A stretch of DNA of 64,000 nt from Saprospiraceae bacterium (GTDB taxonomy: Bacteria > Bacteroidota > Bacteroidia > Chitinophagales > Saprospiraceae). The position numbers were made by a program, and so were the translations under genes. The first letter of the stretch is position 1, and every line of letters begins with the position of its first letter. The notes beneath the pieces were generated by a model, which had not been told where the DNA came from, did not search any database, and worked only from the letters and a program-made list of their open reading frames with translations. Of the stretch, positions 19,049-29,433 are shown piece after piece. The stretch is from contig JAJTEZ010000005.1 of the NCBI GenBank assembly GCA_021298335.1, forward strand, positions 10,822 through 74,821, in the 5' to 3' direction.

Positions 19049-20079
19049 CAATTCTGGTATTCAAAATTCTGCTGGTGCTTGTGCTATTCCTGATTTCTCT
19101 TGGAGTGGCAGCATACAGTACATATTCTGAACGGAAGGTTGCCGCTTTTATTCAAGACAGGCTTGGTCCCAATCGCGCGGGGCCTTTTGGCATTCTCCAA
19201 CCAATTGCTGATGGGATAAAAATGATCATGAAGGAGGAAATCATTCCTTTGACTTCAAACAAAATTTTATTTGTTGCTGGGCCCGCGATTACAATGATTA
19301 CGGCCCTGATGACCAGTGCCGTCATTCCCTGGGGACCCTCGGTTACCATCGATGGTATGAAGGTGCCTTTGCAGGTGGCCGACATCAATATCGGTATTTT
19401 GTACGTCATGGGGGTAGTCAGCCTTGGAGTATATGGAATCATGATTGGAGGCTGGGCGTCAAACAACAAATATGCGCTTCTAGGAGCTGTTCGTGCCTCC
19501 ACTCAAATGATCAGTTATGAACTGGCAATGGGCATGAGCATCATTGCCATCATTATGACTACGGGCTCACTTAGCATCGGAGATATGGTAACTGGCCAGC
19601 ACGGGACATGGGGTATGGGTTGGAACATTTTTGTGCAACCTCTGGGGTTTTTAATCTTTCTCATTTGTGCATTTGCAGAATGTAACCGCACACCATTTGA
19701 CCTGCCGGAAAGTGAAACAGAACTTGTGGGTGGATATCACACGGAATATTCAAGTATGAAACTCGGATTTTATCTTTTTGCCGAGTATGTCAACATGTTT
19801 ATTTCAAGCGCCATTATCACCTGCCTGTATTTTGGAGGTTATCATTTTCCGTTTATGGATAAAGTTTCTGCCATCATGGGGGAAGTACCCTTTGCAATCT
19901 TATGTGTCATGGTGTTTTTTCTGAAAATACTATTTTTTATCTTCTTTTTTATGTGGGTCCGTTGGACAATTCCACGTTTTCGTTTCGATCAACTGATGAA
20001 TCTTGGATGGAAAGTACTCCTACCCCTTTCAGTATTGAATATGCTGGCTACAGGAACAATAATAGTATTAAATTCTTAG
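19045..20079 (+). CDS. nuoH: NADH-quinone oxidoreductase subunit H
   Basis: ERKVAAFIQDRLGPNRAGPFGILQPIADGIK, NRTPFDLPESETELVGGYHTEYS. Confidence 0.95.
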   Translation: MTILVFKILLVLVLFLISLGVAAYSTYSERKVAAFIQDRLGPNRAGPFGILQPIADGIKMIMKEEIIPLTSNKILFVAGPAITMITALMTSAVIPWGPSVTIDGMKVPLQVADINIGILYVMGVVSLGVYGIMIGGWASNNKYALLGAVRASTQMISYELAMGMSIIAIIMTTGSLSIGDMVTGQHGTWGMGWNIFVQPLGFLIFLICAFAECNRTPFDLPESETELVGGYHTEYSSMKLGFYLFAEYVNMFISSAIITCLYFGGYHFPFMDKVSAIMGEVPFAILCVMVFFLKILFFIFFFMWVRWTIPRFRFDQLMNLGWKVLLPLSVLNMLATGTIIVLNS

Positions 20080-20083
20080 TCTT

Positions 20084-20632
20084 ATGCAACCCTTATCCTC
20101 CAGAAGTAAAATTGTTTCCAATAAAACCATGTCCTGGTCAGAACGCTTGTATATTCCTGCGATACTGGCTGGATTAAAGGTAACACTCCATCATTTGTTT
20201 AAAAAGAAAGTCACGGTGAGCTATCCCGAACAAACAAGACCTCACAGTAAATTCTATCGAGGACGACACGTTCTGAAACGGGATGATCAGGGGAGAGAGA
20301 ATTGTACAGCATGCGGACTTTGTGCTATCGCCTGTCCTGCTGAGGCAATTACCATGGTTGCTGAAGAACGTCAAAAGGGAGAAGAAACTCTCTACAGAGA
20401 AGAGAAATACGCAGCGGAATACAATATAAATATGCTTCGTTGTATTTTTTGTGGATTATGCGAAGAAGCCTGTCCTAAAGATGCAATTTACCTAACGGAT
20501 ACCATCAGTACCTCAGGATACAACAGAGATACTTTTCTTTATACCAAGGACATGCTACTGGAAGGTGCATTACCGGAAACACGAATTGATATTCAGGCAC
20601 GCAGAAAAGGTCAGAGAGAAGGTGCCATGTAA
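20084..20632 (+). CDS. nuoI: NADH-quinone oxidoreductase subunit I (2x 4Fe-4S)
   Basis: CTACGLCAIACP and CIFCGLCEEACP. The start is uncertain; an internal ATG at 20129 is possible. Confidence 0.9.
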   Translation: MQPLSSRSKIVSNKTMSWSERLYIPAILAGLKVTLHHLFKKKVTVSYPEQTRPHSKFYRGRHVLKRDDQGRENCTACGLCAIACPAEAITMVAEERQKGEETLYREEKYAAEYNINMLRCIFCGLCEEACPKDAIYLTDTISTSGYNRDTFLYTKDMLLEGALPETRIDIQARRKGQREGAM

Positions 20633-20644
20633 AAACAACGTATT

Positions 20645-21151
20645 ATGATTACAGAAATCTCTTTCTATTCATTGTCTTTTCTGGCCATTGTATCCAGCAT
20701 TTTGATGATTTTTCATAAAAATGCCATGTACAGTGTGCTTTTTCTGCTTATTTGCTTTTTTTCTGTAGCCGGACTATATGTGATGTTGAATGCCCAATTT
20801 CTGGGTATTGTGCACATCATCGTCTATGCAGGAGCAATCATGGTGCTGTTTCTTTATGTCATTATGTTTTTAAATATGAGCAGCCCCATTACCATTCGAA
20901 AAAGCAAGCTGATTATGCTGGCTGCCATTTGTACGGGTCTGATGTTTCTATTTGTTTTGTTTGCCGCTCTTTGGTCTGTACCTTTTGGGCATGCACCTCA
21001 GCAGGTAGATCAAAACATAGGCCTGGCAAAGACGCTGGGAAAAGTTCTTTTCAATGAATATTTAATCCCTTTTGAAGTAACCAGTGTGCTATTTCTGTCA
21101 GGGATGATTGGAGTGGTCATCTTTAATAAAAAAGAAACAGAAAATGAATGA
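20645..21151 (+). CDS. nuoJ: NADH-quinone oxidoreductase subunit J
   Basis: 168-aa membrane protein in the conserved operon position; VHIIVYAGAIMVLFLYVIM. Confidence 0.85.
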   Translation: MITEISFYSLSFLAIVSSILMIFHKNAMYSVLFLLICFFSVAGLYVMLNAQFLGIVHIIVYAGAIMVLFLYVIMFLNMSSPITIRKSKLIMLAAICTGLMFLFVLFAALWSVPFGHAPQQVDQNIGLAKTLGKVLFNEYLIPFEVTSVLFLSGMIGVVIFNKKETENE

Positions 21152-21482
21152 GTTACTGGAGCTGAAAGACCAGCTCAGACTGATACCTCTAAGCCACTAT
21201 GTCTTCCTTTGCCTTGCCTTGTTTAGTATCGGAATGACAGGGGTGCTGCTAAGAAGAAATATGATCATTGTATTTTTAAGCATTGAGCTCATGCTGAATT
21301 CCGTCAATCTGCTGGCAGTTGCATTTTCGGTTTATCACAATGATCCTGGAGCGCAGGCTTTTGTTTTCTTCAACATGGTAGTGGCAGCTGCCGAGGTGGC
21401 TGTTGGTCTGGCGATGCTCGTTATGATCTACCGAAATATTAAAACCATAGACATTAATGCATTAAACCGTCTGAAATGGTAA
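21144..21482 (+). CDS. nuoK: NADH-quinone oxidoreductase subunit K
   Basis: LSIELMLNSVNLLAVAF..AAAEVAVGLA. I chose the ATG at 21144 (MNELLE). Confidence 0.9.
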   Translation: MNELLELKDQLRLIPLSHYVFLCLALFSIGMTGVLLRRNMIIVFLSIELMLNSVNLLAVAFSVYHNDPGAQAFVFFNMVVAAAEVAVGLAMLVMIYRNIKTIDINALNRLKW

Positions 21483-23437
21483 TGGTTTCTCTCTTTCAAT
21501 TTTTTTCCGTGAATAACACTTTGATTCAAAATATTGCAACACTGATTCCTTTTCTGCCTTTGATGGGATTTATACTCCTCTTTGCACTGGGTAAAAAACT
21601 GTCTCACTCTCTTTCAGGAATATTGGCTTCGGGCTTAATGGTTGCATCTTTTTTTCTCAGTGCTCTGTTGTTTTTTCAGATTCCTCAAAATCAGTCCGTT
21701 GAGATCCACCTGATGCATTGGTTACGCTTAGATACCTGGGATGTTTCATTCTCCTGGTCCATCGATGCACTTTCAGGAATAATGATGCTCGTGATTACCG
21801 GTATTGGCGCACTAATACATATTTTTTCTGTGGCTTACATGCACGATGACAAGGATATAAACAGATATTTTTCTTATCTGAACCTCTTTGTCTTTTTCAT
21901 GCTTGTGCTGGTGATGGCAGATAATTTTGTACTAATGTTTGCTGGTTGGGAAGGAGTGGGACTTTGTTCTTACCTGTTGATTGGTTTCTGGTATGATCAT
22001 CAGGCTTACAACGATGCAGCAAATAAAGCATTCATTATCAATCGGGTAGGAGATCTAGCTTTCTTGCTGGGAATGTTTCTTCTTTTCCAGCAGCTGGGTA
22101 CATTAAACTTTAGAGAAATCAGCAATCTTGTTTCCGGAGGTGCTGATTCTGCATCTATAAATCCTTCTCCCCTGGCCCCAGGTATTCTATTTGCTGCCAC
22201 TTTGCTTCTATTTTTAGGAGCAACTGGAAAAAGTGCTCAGATTCCATTGTTTACCTGGCTTCCAGATGCTATGGCCGGGCCAACTCCTGTTAGTGCCCTC
22301 ATCCATGCGGCAACAATGGTGACGGCTGGAATCTATCTGATCCTAAGAAATCACCTTTTGTTTTCCATGAGTCCAGCTACTATGGATATCATCACGATGA
22401 CAGGACTGGCAACTTCACTGCTTGCAGGTCTGATTGCGTTGAAGCAAAATGATATAAAGAAAATCCTGGCATATTCAACAGTAAGTCAACTGGGACTAAT
22501 CTTTTTTGCACTTGGCATTGGAGCCTTCCACGCTGCATTTTTTCACCTGCTCACTCACGCATTTTTCAAAGCACTTCTGTTCCTTTCAGCAGGAAGTATT
22601 ATACATGCATTGCACGGTGAACAGGATATTCGGCGAATGGGTGGGTTAAAAAACAAATTAAAAGTCACACATTTTGTTTTTGGAATTGCTCTTCTTGCGA
22701 TTATAGCATTACCACCTTTTTCAGGTTTTTTTTCGAAAGATGCCATATTAGTAGCTGCCTTTGATAAAAGCCCTGTGTTATGGATGTTTGGTCTGCTATC
22801 CGGACTGATTACCGCCTGGTATATGCTGCGTCTGTATTTTGTGGCCTTTTCCGGAGAACCTAGATGGCGCTCTGATTTAAGTCTGGATGTGCACGATGCC
22901 CCCCCGGCTATGTCTGTACCACTACTTGTTCTGGCTATTTTTTCATTTTTTGGAGGACTTTTAAATGTTCCTTCCTTATTTCATGGTAATGAATGGCTGG
23001 GGCATACACTCGAATCCATCATTCCATTCAGACAGTTAAGCCTTCAGCATTCCACTGAATGGATTCTAATGGCCATTTCTACCTCTCTGATTCTACTGGT
23101 CCTGTGGCTTACATTTCATAAATTTCATCAACATCAGATTCTTCCATCTTCGGACGAAGGTCTACCAGACATATTGATCCAAAAATGGATTCGTAACAAA
23201 TTTTATGTGGATGAAGCATATGAAAAAATTGTTGTCAAACCATTATTCAGAATCTCTAAAGTTTTCTATTCCGTGCTGGACAGAAAAGTGATTCACAACG
23301 TTGTAGAAAGTTCAGGTAACTTATCACTCTATTTGGGTCGAAAGTGGAAGGAAACCCAAAATGGGTATATCAGCTATTATCTGTTTGCATTGGCTCTTGG
23401 AATGGCTGGTATCTTAATCATATTTATATTATTGTAG
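21476..23437 (+). CDS. nuoL: NADH-quinone oxidoreductase subunit L
   Basis: 653 aa; WEGVGLCSYLLIGFWY, GKSAQIPLFTWLPDAMAGPTPVSALIHAATMV. Confidence 0.95.
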   Translation: MVMVSLFQFFSVNNTLIQNIATLIPFLPLMGFILLFALGKKLSHSLSGILASGLMVASFFLSALLFFQIPQNQSVEIHLMHWLRLDTWDVSFSWSIDALSGIMMLVITGIGALIHIFSVAYMHDDKDINRYFSYLNLFVFFMLVLVMADNFVLMFAGWEGVGLCSYLLIGFWYDHQAYNDAANKAFIINRVGDLAFLLGMFLLFQQLGTLNFREISNLVSGGADSASINPSPLAPGILFAATLLLFLGATGKSAQIPLFTWLPDAMAGPTPVSALIHAATMVTAGIYLILRNHLLFSMSPATMDIITMTGLATSLLAGLIALKQNDIKKILAYSTVSQLGLIFFALGIGAFHAAFFHLLTHAFFKALLFLSAGSIIHALHGEQDIRRMGGLKNKLKVTHFVFGIALLAIIALPPFSGFFSKDAILVAAFDKSPVLWMFGLLSGLITAWYMLRLYFVAFSGEPRWRSDLSLDVHDAPPAMSVPLLVLAIFSFFGGLLNVPSLFHGNEWLGHTLESIIPFRQLSLQHSTEWILMAISTSLILLVLWLTFHKFHQHQILPSSDEGLPDILIQKWIRNKFYVDEAYEKIVVKPLFRISKVFYSVLDRKVIHNVVESSGNLSLYLGRKWKETQNGYISYYLFALALGMAGILIIFILL

Positions 23438-23440
23438 CTT

Positions 23441-24907
23441 ATGTTGTCCTTACTATCTGTAACCATACCGGCGATGTTCGGTTTCATTGCGTTTTCCACG
23501 CCCCCGAAACATAGTCGGTGGATATCTCTTGTTTCAGTCTGGGCAACTATCGGTATTGCAATTCTGGCAGGTTTTACCCTGGATGCAACACAGTCTGTCC
23601 AACACGTATTTCGAATTTCCTGGTTTAAATCTGCAGGAATTGAGTTTTATGTCGGTATGGACAGCCTGAGCCACATCATGCTGCTACTTTCTGGTTTTAC
23701 TTCTTTGTTTGCAGTCCTTCTTGCATGCCGCTCCACGTTGAAGCAAAAAGGTAGATTTTTTGGTCTGATTCTTCTGATGCAAGCTGCCATCAATGGTTCT
23801 TTTGTTGCTTTTGATTTATTTGTATATTATATTTTCTGGGAACTTTCCTTAATACCGGCTATTTTTCTGCTTCTCTTATGGGGAGCAGAAAACAACAAGA
23901 AAACAACCCTCCTTTTTTTCCTTTATACTCTTGCAGGAAGCCTTTTGATGCTGCTTGCAATTATATGGCTGGGGCTGGAAGGTCCAACCGTAGGCTTCAG
24001 TTTTGAAAAAATAGCAACTCTCAACATCAGTCCCAGCGCTCAAACCTGGTTGCTATGCGCCTTTGTCGTAGCATATGCCATCAAAATTCCCATTTTTCCA
24101 TTTCATACGTGGCAGGCAGACACCTATTCTACATCTCCACTTCCATTAACGCTGATGCTTGCTGGCATTATGTTAAAAATGGCACTTTTTAGTCTGGTAC
24201 GTTGGGTTATTCCAATTGCGCCTATCGCTTTTGAAGGTGTAGGACAGATATTTTTATGGCTTTCTGTGGCTGGTGTTGTCTATGCTTCCGTAATAGCCTT
24301 GCAACAACAAGAAATAAAAAGATTATTCGCCTGGTCATCCATGGCGCATGTTGGCTTAATCGCTGCCGGTATTTTTACACTTAATCCGACAGGATTAAAC
24401 GGGGCATTTATACAAATGACAGCACACACAATTCATTCGGCGGCACTGTTGTTTATTATCCTACTGCTTACGCGTTGGGGCGCAGGTGATCAAATGAATA
24501 CCATGGGTGGATTCAGGAGGAAAAATCCGTTTTTCGGTGGCATATTTCTACTGATCGTTTTCTCCTCCATTGCTGTGCCCTTGACTGCTGGTTTTCCAGG
24601 GGAATTGTCAATACTTATCGCTTTGTTTTCATGGAATCCCTGGGTAGCATTACTGACAGGGCTTTCTGTCATCCTTGGGGCTGTCTACATGTTAAAAGCA
24701 TACCAATCAATCATGCTCGGTTCTCTGAATTCTGCATTTATCCCTAACGAAAACTCTTTTCATCTTTCATTTTCTGAAAAAATCATGCTGTTGTTTCTTG
24801 CTTTCCTCATTTTATTTCTTGGTTTATTTCCACAATGGGTCATCGACTGGGTAAACACCCCTATTCAGGAGCTTTTATCAAAGTCAAATATTCTCATGCA
24901 AAAATAA
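23441..24907 (+). CDS. nuoM: NADH-quinone oxidoreductase subunit M
   Basis: 488 aa; AYAIKIPIFPFHTWQADTY; operon position. Confidence 0.9.
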   Translation: MLSLLSVTIPAMFGFIAFSTPPKHSRWISLVSVWATIGIAILAGFTLDATQSVQHVFRISWFKSAGIEFYVGMDSLSHIMLLLSGFTSLFAVLLACRSTLKQKGRFFGLILLMQAAINGSFVAFDLFVYYIFWELSLIPAIFLLLLWGAENNKKTTLLFFLYTLAGSLLMLLAIIWLGLEGPTVGFSFEKIATLNISPSAQTWLLCAFVVAYAIKIPIFPFHTWQADTYSTSPLPLTLMLAGIMLKMALFSLVRWVIPIAPIAFEGVGQIFLWLSVAGVVYASVIALQQQEIKRLFAWSSMAHVGLIAAGIFTLNPTGLNGAFIQMTAHTIHSAALLFIILLLTRWGAGDQMNTMGGFRRKNPFFGGIFLLIVFSSIAVPLTAGFPGELSILIALFSWNPWVALLTGLSVILGAVYMLKAYQSIMLGSLNSAFIPNENSFHLSFSEKIMLLFLAFLILFLGLFPQWVIDWVNTPIQELLSKSNILMQK

Positions 24908-25014
24908 CTTTTAAATGAGGCAGCATACTTCTATTAGAATGAAACACCACAAACAGGTCTCTTTAGGGCAATCAATTCATCTAAAGCGTATAACGGCATA
25001 CCAACCTTAAACTC

Positions 25015-26433
25015 ATGAACGTATTTATCATTTTAGCTGTATCTGGAATCCTGGCCATGATGGCAGGAGTCCACGGAAAAAAATCCCTGGGCTTGCCTGT
25101 TGTTTTAACCGCATGTCTGCTGGCTCTGGCGGCAATTTATGTTCCATGGCCAGGAGACTATAGTGAATACCTTCATCAGATGCTTGTGTTTGATTCAGTT
25201 TCCTATTCGTTCAGCAGTATCATGGTCTTTCTTTCCATCGGAATCTTCGTTCTGAGTTATTATTATTATCCTGCGGGCATCGAACACCAGTCTGACATTT
25301 ACTCCTTGTTTGTGTTTTCGTTATCGGGAGCATTTTTACTGGTCTCCTTTCACCATTTAGTCATGTTGTTTTTGGGAGCAGAAATCATGTCTATACCTCT
25401 CTACGTTCTGGCGGCAAGCAACAGAAAAAATCTTCTTTCAAACGAAGCAGGTCTTAAATACTACCTCATGGGCTCCTTTGCCACCTGCTTTTTGTTATTG
25501 GGGATAACGTTGATGTATGGTGCTGCTGGCACTTATGATCTAAAGGAAATTCATGATTTTATCGTTCGTGAAGGAGTCGATGTCCCAATGTTTTCTATCG
25601 GAATGACACTCGTTTTAGGGGCACTCCTTTTTAAACTTTCTGCAGTGCCTTTTCATTTTTGGGCACCGGATGTATATGAGGGCTCTCCTACTGTTTTGAC
25701 TGCATTTGTTTCTACAGTTGTAAAAATAGCCGTCGTGGGGGCCATTGTCCGACTCATTTCAATACTCAATCTTCCCGTTGGTTCTTCAGAGTCAGTTATG
25801 GAAGAGATTGCATTTTACAGTACCCCCTGGTTTTGGCTACTGGTCCTGGCTTCTGCTGCCTCTATGATCTTTGGAAGTATCGCCGCTTTACAACAAACAG
25901 AGCTAAAAAGATTTCTGGCGTATACCGGTATTTTTAATGCTGGATTTGTTTTAGTACCGGTTCTTTCCGGACCATCAGATCATTCCCGCATTATCCTGTA
26001 TTATCTCGTAGGATATGGAGTGGCGTCCATCCTCTGTTTTACGATTTATGCAGAAATTAAAAAAATTACCGGTGAAAACTCTATAAAAAGCCTGCAAGGT
26101 TTACTTTACAAAAACAAAGCTGCAGGCATTGCCATGATTTTTTGCCTATTATCTTTTACAGGAATTCCACCCCTCGCAGGATTCTGGGGAAAATTTGGCA
26201 TTTTATCAGCTGGACTAAGCAGTCATTTGTTACCTCTGGTGGTCTGTGCTATTGTTGCTTCATTGATTGGAGCCTATAATTACTTAAGCCTCGTAATTCG
26301 CATTGCCACTCCAGAATCAGATCAAGATGCATCCTATTCCCTTCATCCTGTTTTCACTGTCTGGATTCTGTTTGGAGCTTTACTTCTGCTTGGTATAGGC
26401 CTTACTCCAGAATTTTTTCAGCAATTGATATAG
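25015..26433 (+). CDS. nuoN: NADH-quinone oxidoreductase subunit N
   Basis: 472 aa; KLSAVPFHFWAPDVYEGSPT; last gene of the operon, after a 107-nt gap. Confidence 0.9.
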   Translation: MNVFIILAVSGILAMMAGVHGKKSLGLPVVLTACLLALAAIYVPWPGDYSEYLHQMLVFDSVSYSFSSIMVFLSIGIFVLSYYYYPAGIEHQSDIYSLFVFSLSGAFLLVSFHHLVMLFLGAEIMSIPLYVLAASNRKNLLSNEAGLKYYLMGSFATCFLLLGITLMYGAAGTYDLKEIHDFIVREGVDVPMFSIGMTLVLGALLFKLSAVPFHFWAPDVYEGSPTVLTAFVSTVVKIAVVGAIVRLISILNLPVGSSESVMEEIAFYSTPWFWLLVLASAASMIFGSIAALQQTELKRFLAYTGIFNAGFVLVPVLSGPSDHSRIILYYLVGYGVASILCFTIYAEIKKITGENSIKSLQGLLYKNKAAGIAMIFCLLSFTGIPPLAGFWGKFGILSAGLSSHLLPLVVCAIVASLIGAYNYLSLVIRIATPESDQDASYSLHPVFTVWILFGALLLLGIGLTPEFFQQLI

Positions 26434-26639
26434 TCTAAAATTCTCTGAAGCTTATTTCTGCAAAACTGTTTGGTATTTTACAAAAAATAAACAAACATCA
26501 TATTTTTGTTTTGACAATTAAGAAAGATTTAAAAACTTTATTTTCCTGTAAAGGTATAAAATGGCAATCTTATTGAATATTATGAGAAATATCCCATTGA
26601 TTTGTCTGTTTTCTTTGCTTGTTAGTTACCTTTAAACCG

Positions 26640-26647
26640 TATTTTTG
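26640..26647 (+). promoter_or_regulatory. Candidate -7 promoter box (TATTTTTG) for the NhaD-like gene
   Basis: Matches TAnnTTTG, 18 nt upstream of the ATG at 26666. Confidence 0.3.
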
Positions 26648-26665
26648 TTAATAAAGAGTATAGTA

Positions 26666-28030
26666 ATGATTCAAAAAATATTGAAAAGTTCTCTGATGAT
26701 GTCTTTCATCCTCATGCCTCTTTTGGTGTTTGCTGAAAGTCATTCGGATGGTTTTTCCATTGGCGGAGTGAGAGTGGAATTCCTTCTGTTTGGGATTACC
26801 CTACTTTCCGTTGCTATATTCCATAATCATACATATTGGGTAGGCATTACAGGGTTGATTGTCATTTTATTGTATAAACTACTTTTTACTTCTGGATATC
26901 CGTTTTACGAACACTTTTTAGGCAATAATGCTTTTTTAGATCAGATAAAAGACAAGCATCTTCGGCAGGGTGAATGGTCTGTGTTGTTAAACCTGATGGG
27001 TTTACTGCTTGGTTTTGGTATGTTGGCAAAAGTTTTTGAAGAGTCTGGTGTGCCGGACAAATTGCCAAAATTCCTCCCTTCAGGCTGGAAGGGGGCTGCC
27101 TTGCTTTTAGTCTTTGTATTTATTTTGTCATCTTTTCTGGATAATATCGCAGCTGCCATGATTGGTGGCACGGTGGCTTTAGTCGTATTTAAAAACAAGG
27201 TGCACATTGGTTACATTGCAGCAATTGTAGCAGCATCTAATGCAGGAGGCTCAGGAAGTATCGTCGGAGATACAACGACTACCATGATGTGGATTGATGG
27301 TGTGGACGCCTTGAATGTCCTGCATGCTTATGTTGCAGCTATTGTGGCTTTGGTGATAGTGGCTTGGTTTGCTTCACATCAACAAGATAAATATCAGCCT
27401 ATTTCTTCAGAAATTGCCTCTGCTACGAAAATCGACTGGGGAAGTATAGGTGTTGTAGTTCTCATTCTGGCTGGTGCAATACTTTCAAATGTGTATTACG
27501 ATATGCCTGCCTTAGGTGTCTGGGTAGCTATTTTAGTTGGTGCTATGTTTCGAAAAATGCCGTGGCACGAGGTCAACGACTCCTTGAAAGGCACAATTTT
27601 TCTCCTTTGTCTTGTGACTGCAGCATCTCTGATGCCGGTAGAAACACTGCCCAATGCTTCGTGGTTGACAGCTTTTATTCTTGGATTTGTTTCTGCTGTT
27701 TTTGACAATATTCCCCTCACAAAACTCTGTCTTGAACAGGGACATTATGACTGGGGAATGCTCGCTTATTCCGTTGGTTTCGGGGGGTCCATGATCTGGT
27801 TTGGTTCCTCTGCCGGTGTAGCCATTACCAACAAATTTACAGAAGCCCGTAATGTAACCACCTGGATACAGAAGGGATGGCATGTGATTGTGGCTTATGT
27901 CCTCGGCTTCTTCGTGCTTTTCCTTACAATGGGCTGGGAGCCCGCAGACAATAAAAAACACAAGGAACCTGCTGCAAGTTGTCCGGTAGAAGATTGTAAA
28001 GCGAAAATAGATGCCTCTACGCTAGAGTAA
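26666..28030 (+). CDS. NhaD/ArsB-superfamily ion transporter (NhaD-like Na+/H+ antiporter)
   Basis: Polytopic; SSFLDNIAAAMIGG and ASNAGGSGSIVGDTTTTMMW resemble the NhaD signature regions. I chose the ATG at 26666 (MIQKIL). Confidence 0.55.
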   Translation: MIQKILKSSLMMSFILMPLLVFAESHSDGFSIGGVRVEFLLFGITLLSVAIFHNHTYWVGITGLIVILLYKLLFTSGYPFYEHFLGNNAFLDQIKDKHLRQGEWSVLLNLMGLLLGFGMLAKVFEESGVPDKLPKFLPSGWKGAALLLVFVFILSSFLDNIAAAMIGGTVALVVFKNKVHIGYIAAIVAASNAGGSGSIVGDTTTTMMWIDGVDALNVLHAYVAAIVALVIVAWFASHQQDKYQPISSEIASATKIDWGSIGVVVLILAGAILSNVYYDMPALGVWVAILVGAMFRKMPWHEVNDSLKGTIFLLCLVTAASLMPVETLPNASWLTAFILGFVSAVFDNIPLTKLCLEQGHYDWGMLAYSVGFGGSMIWFGSSAGVAITNKFTEARNVTTWIQKGWHVIVAYVLGFFVLFLTMGWEPADNKKHKEPAASCPVEDCKAKIDASTLE

Positions 28031-28118
28031 CCTTTCTTAAAATTTCATAGCAAACATTTCCATAGATAAATTCTGAAGCGTTGGTCCTGCTACAATTTTA
28101 TAAGTAATGGTTGCCACA

Positions 28119-28595
28119 CTATTTATTGTGTAATTTTTGCGCTACACTATCGTAATATTCTTGTGTTAGTTTTTCTGTCCACGTGGTTGGCTGAGTTCCG
28201 CCATAAATTGCAAGGTATGTGACTGATTGCTTTTTGCTGGATGTATGCCAATGTTCAATTTCCTTAGAGCATTTAATAACATCCCCCTTCCTTAAAATAA
28301 CAGGTTCTTTCCCTCGTTCTTGATAATACCCTTCACCATCTACTATAATCAATACCTGTGGTGTTGAATGTTTATGCCAATCCAGGGTAGAGTTTGCCTT
28401 AAAAGTAGCTTTAGTAATATTGTAATGAATTTCATCATCTGCTTGTAGTATTGAATTTAGCCAAGCTTCACCTATGTAATGTGTATTTGGTGCTTTTGCC
28501 CCCTCTGTCAGGAATGAAGAGATTTTGTATTCAGGGACCTGAGAAGCACCAATAAATGGAAGAATAACAAATAAAATTTTAACAAAAGCCTTCAT
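28119..28595 (-). CDS. Secreted cupin-domain protein
   Basis: Signal peptide MKAFVKILFVILPFIGASQ. Cupin core WHKHSTPQVLIIVDGEGYY...IEHWH. I chose the internal ATG at 28595. Confidence 0.6.
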   Translation of the reverse strand: MKAFVKILFVILPFIGASQVPEYKISSFLTEGAKAPNTHYIGEAWLNSILQADDEIHYNITKATFKANSTLDWHKHSTPQVLIIVDGEGYYQERGKEPVILRKGDVIKCSKEIEHWHTSSKKQSVTYLAIYGGTQPTTWTEKLTQEYYDSVAQKLHNK

Positions 28596-28787
28596 TTTTT
28601 GTAAATTTTTTGAAGTACTGCAAAACAATTCCTCTGGAAAAAATGAAGAGGTAGGAGTTTTTAAAGTGTCCATTAAAACCACCCACCTCTCTTAAATTCT
28701 TTCTTAACTGAGATTTTTAGAAGATAATCAATTAACATTAATGTACAAACTTACAACAATCTGCCGTAAACGAAAATACACTGTTGA

Positions 28788-29420
28788 TCATTCCAGTTTA
28801 TACACATCAGGCAACTCTGCATTGCTGCCAAAGTTCACGTTCAAATCTTTGACGAGTCCATTTTTAATGGAATACACCCAGCCGTGAATCCAAAGTTGCT
28901 GACCCTTCTCCCAGGCATTTTGCACAATTGATGTCTTGGCAAGATCGTGTACTTGTTCAACCACATTCAATTCAACAAACCGGTTAAAACGCATCTCTTC
29001 ATCCTGAATGCTGTCAAGTTCCTGCTGATGAAACCTGTATACATCTTTTATGTGACGGATCCAGTTGTCAATCAGTCCAAACTGATGATTCCCCATAGCC
29101 GCCTTGACTCCTCCACACCCATAGTGTCCGCAGACAATAACATGCCGTACCTTTAATACATTGACTGCATAATCCAGTACACTGAGCATATTCATATCTG
29201 TGTGCACCACCATATTTGCAATGTTTCTGTGCACAAATACCTCTCCCGGAAGAGTTCCTGTTATTTCATTGGCTGGAACCCGGCTGTCTGCACACCCAAT
29301 CCACAACAATGGCGGACTTTGACCATTTGATAATCGTTCAAAAAACTCAGGGTCATCTTTAGTTTTTTCTGCTACCCAACGTTTGTTATTTTCCAGTATT
29401 TTCTGATAAAATTCACTCAT
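28788..29420 (-). CDS. can: Beta-class carbonic anhydrase
   Basis: CADSRVPANE (CxDxR) and GHYGCGGV (HxxC) zinc motifs. The ATG at 29420 (MSEFYQ) lies 13 nt after the SulP stop at 29434..29436. Confidence 0.9.
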   Translation of the reverse strand: MSEFYQKILENNKRWVAEKTKDDPEFFERLSNGQSPPLLWIGCADSRVPANEITGTLPGEVFVHRNIANMVVHTDMNMLSVLDYAVNVLKVRHVIVCGHYGCGGVKAAMGNHQFGLIDNWIRHIKDVYRFHQQELDSIQDEEMRFNRFVELNVVEQVHDLAKTSIVQNAWEKGQQLWIHGWVYSIKNGLVKDLNVNFGSNAELPDVYKLE

Positions 29421-29433
29421 GATTTGATTTTTT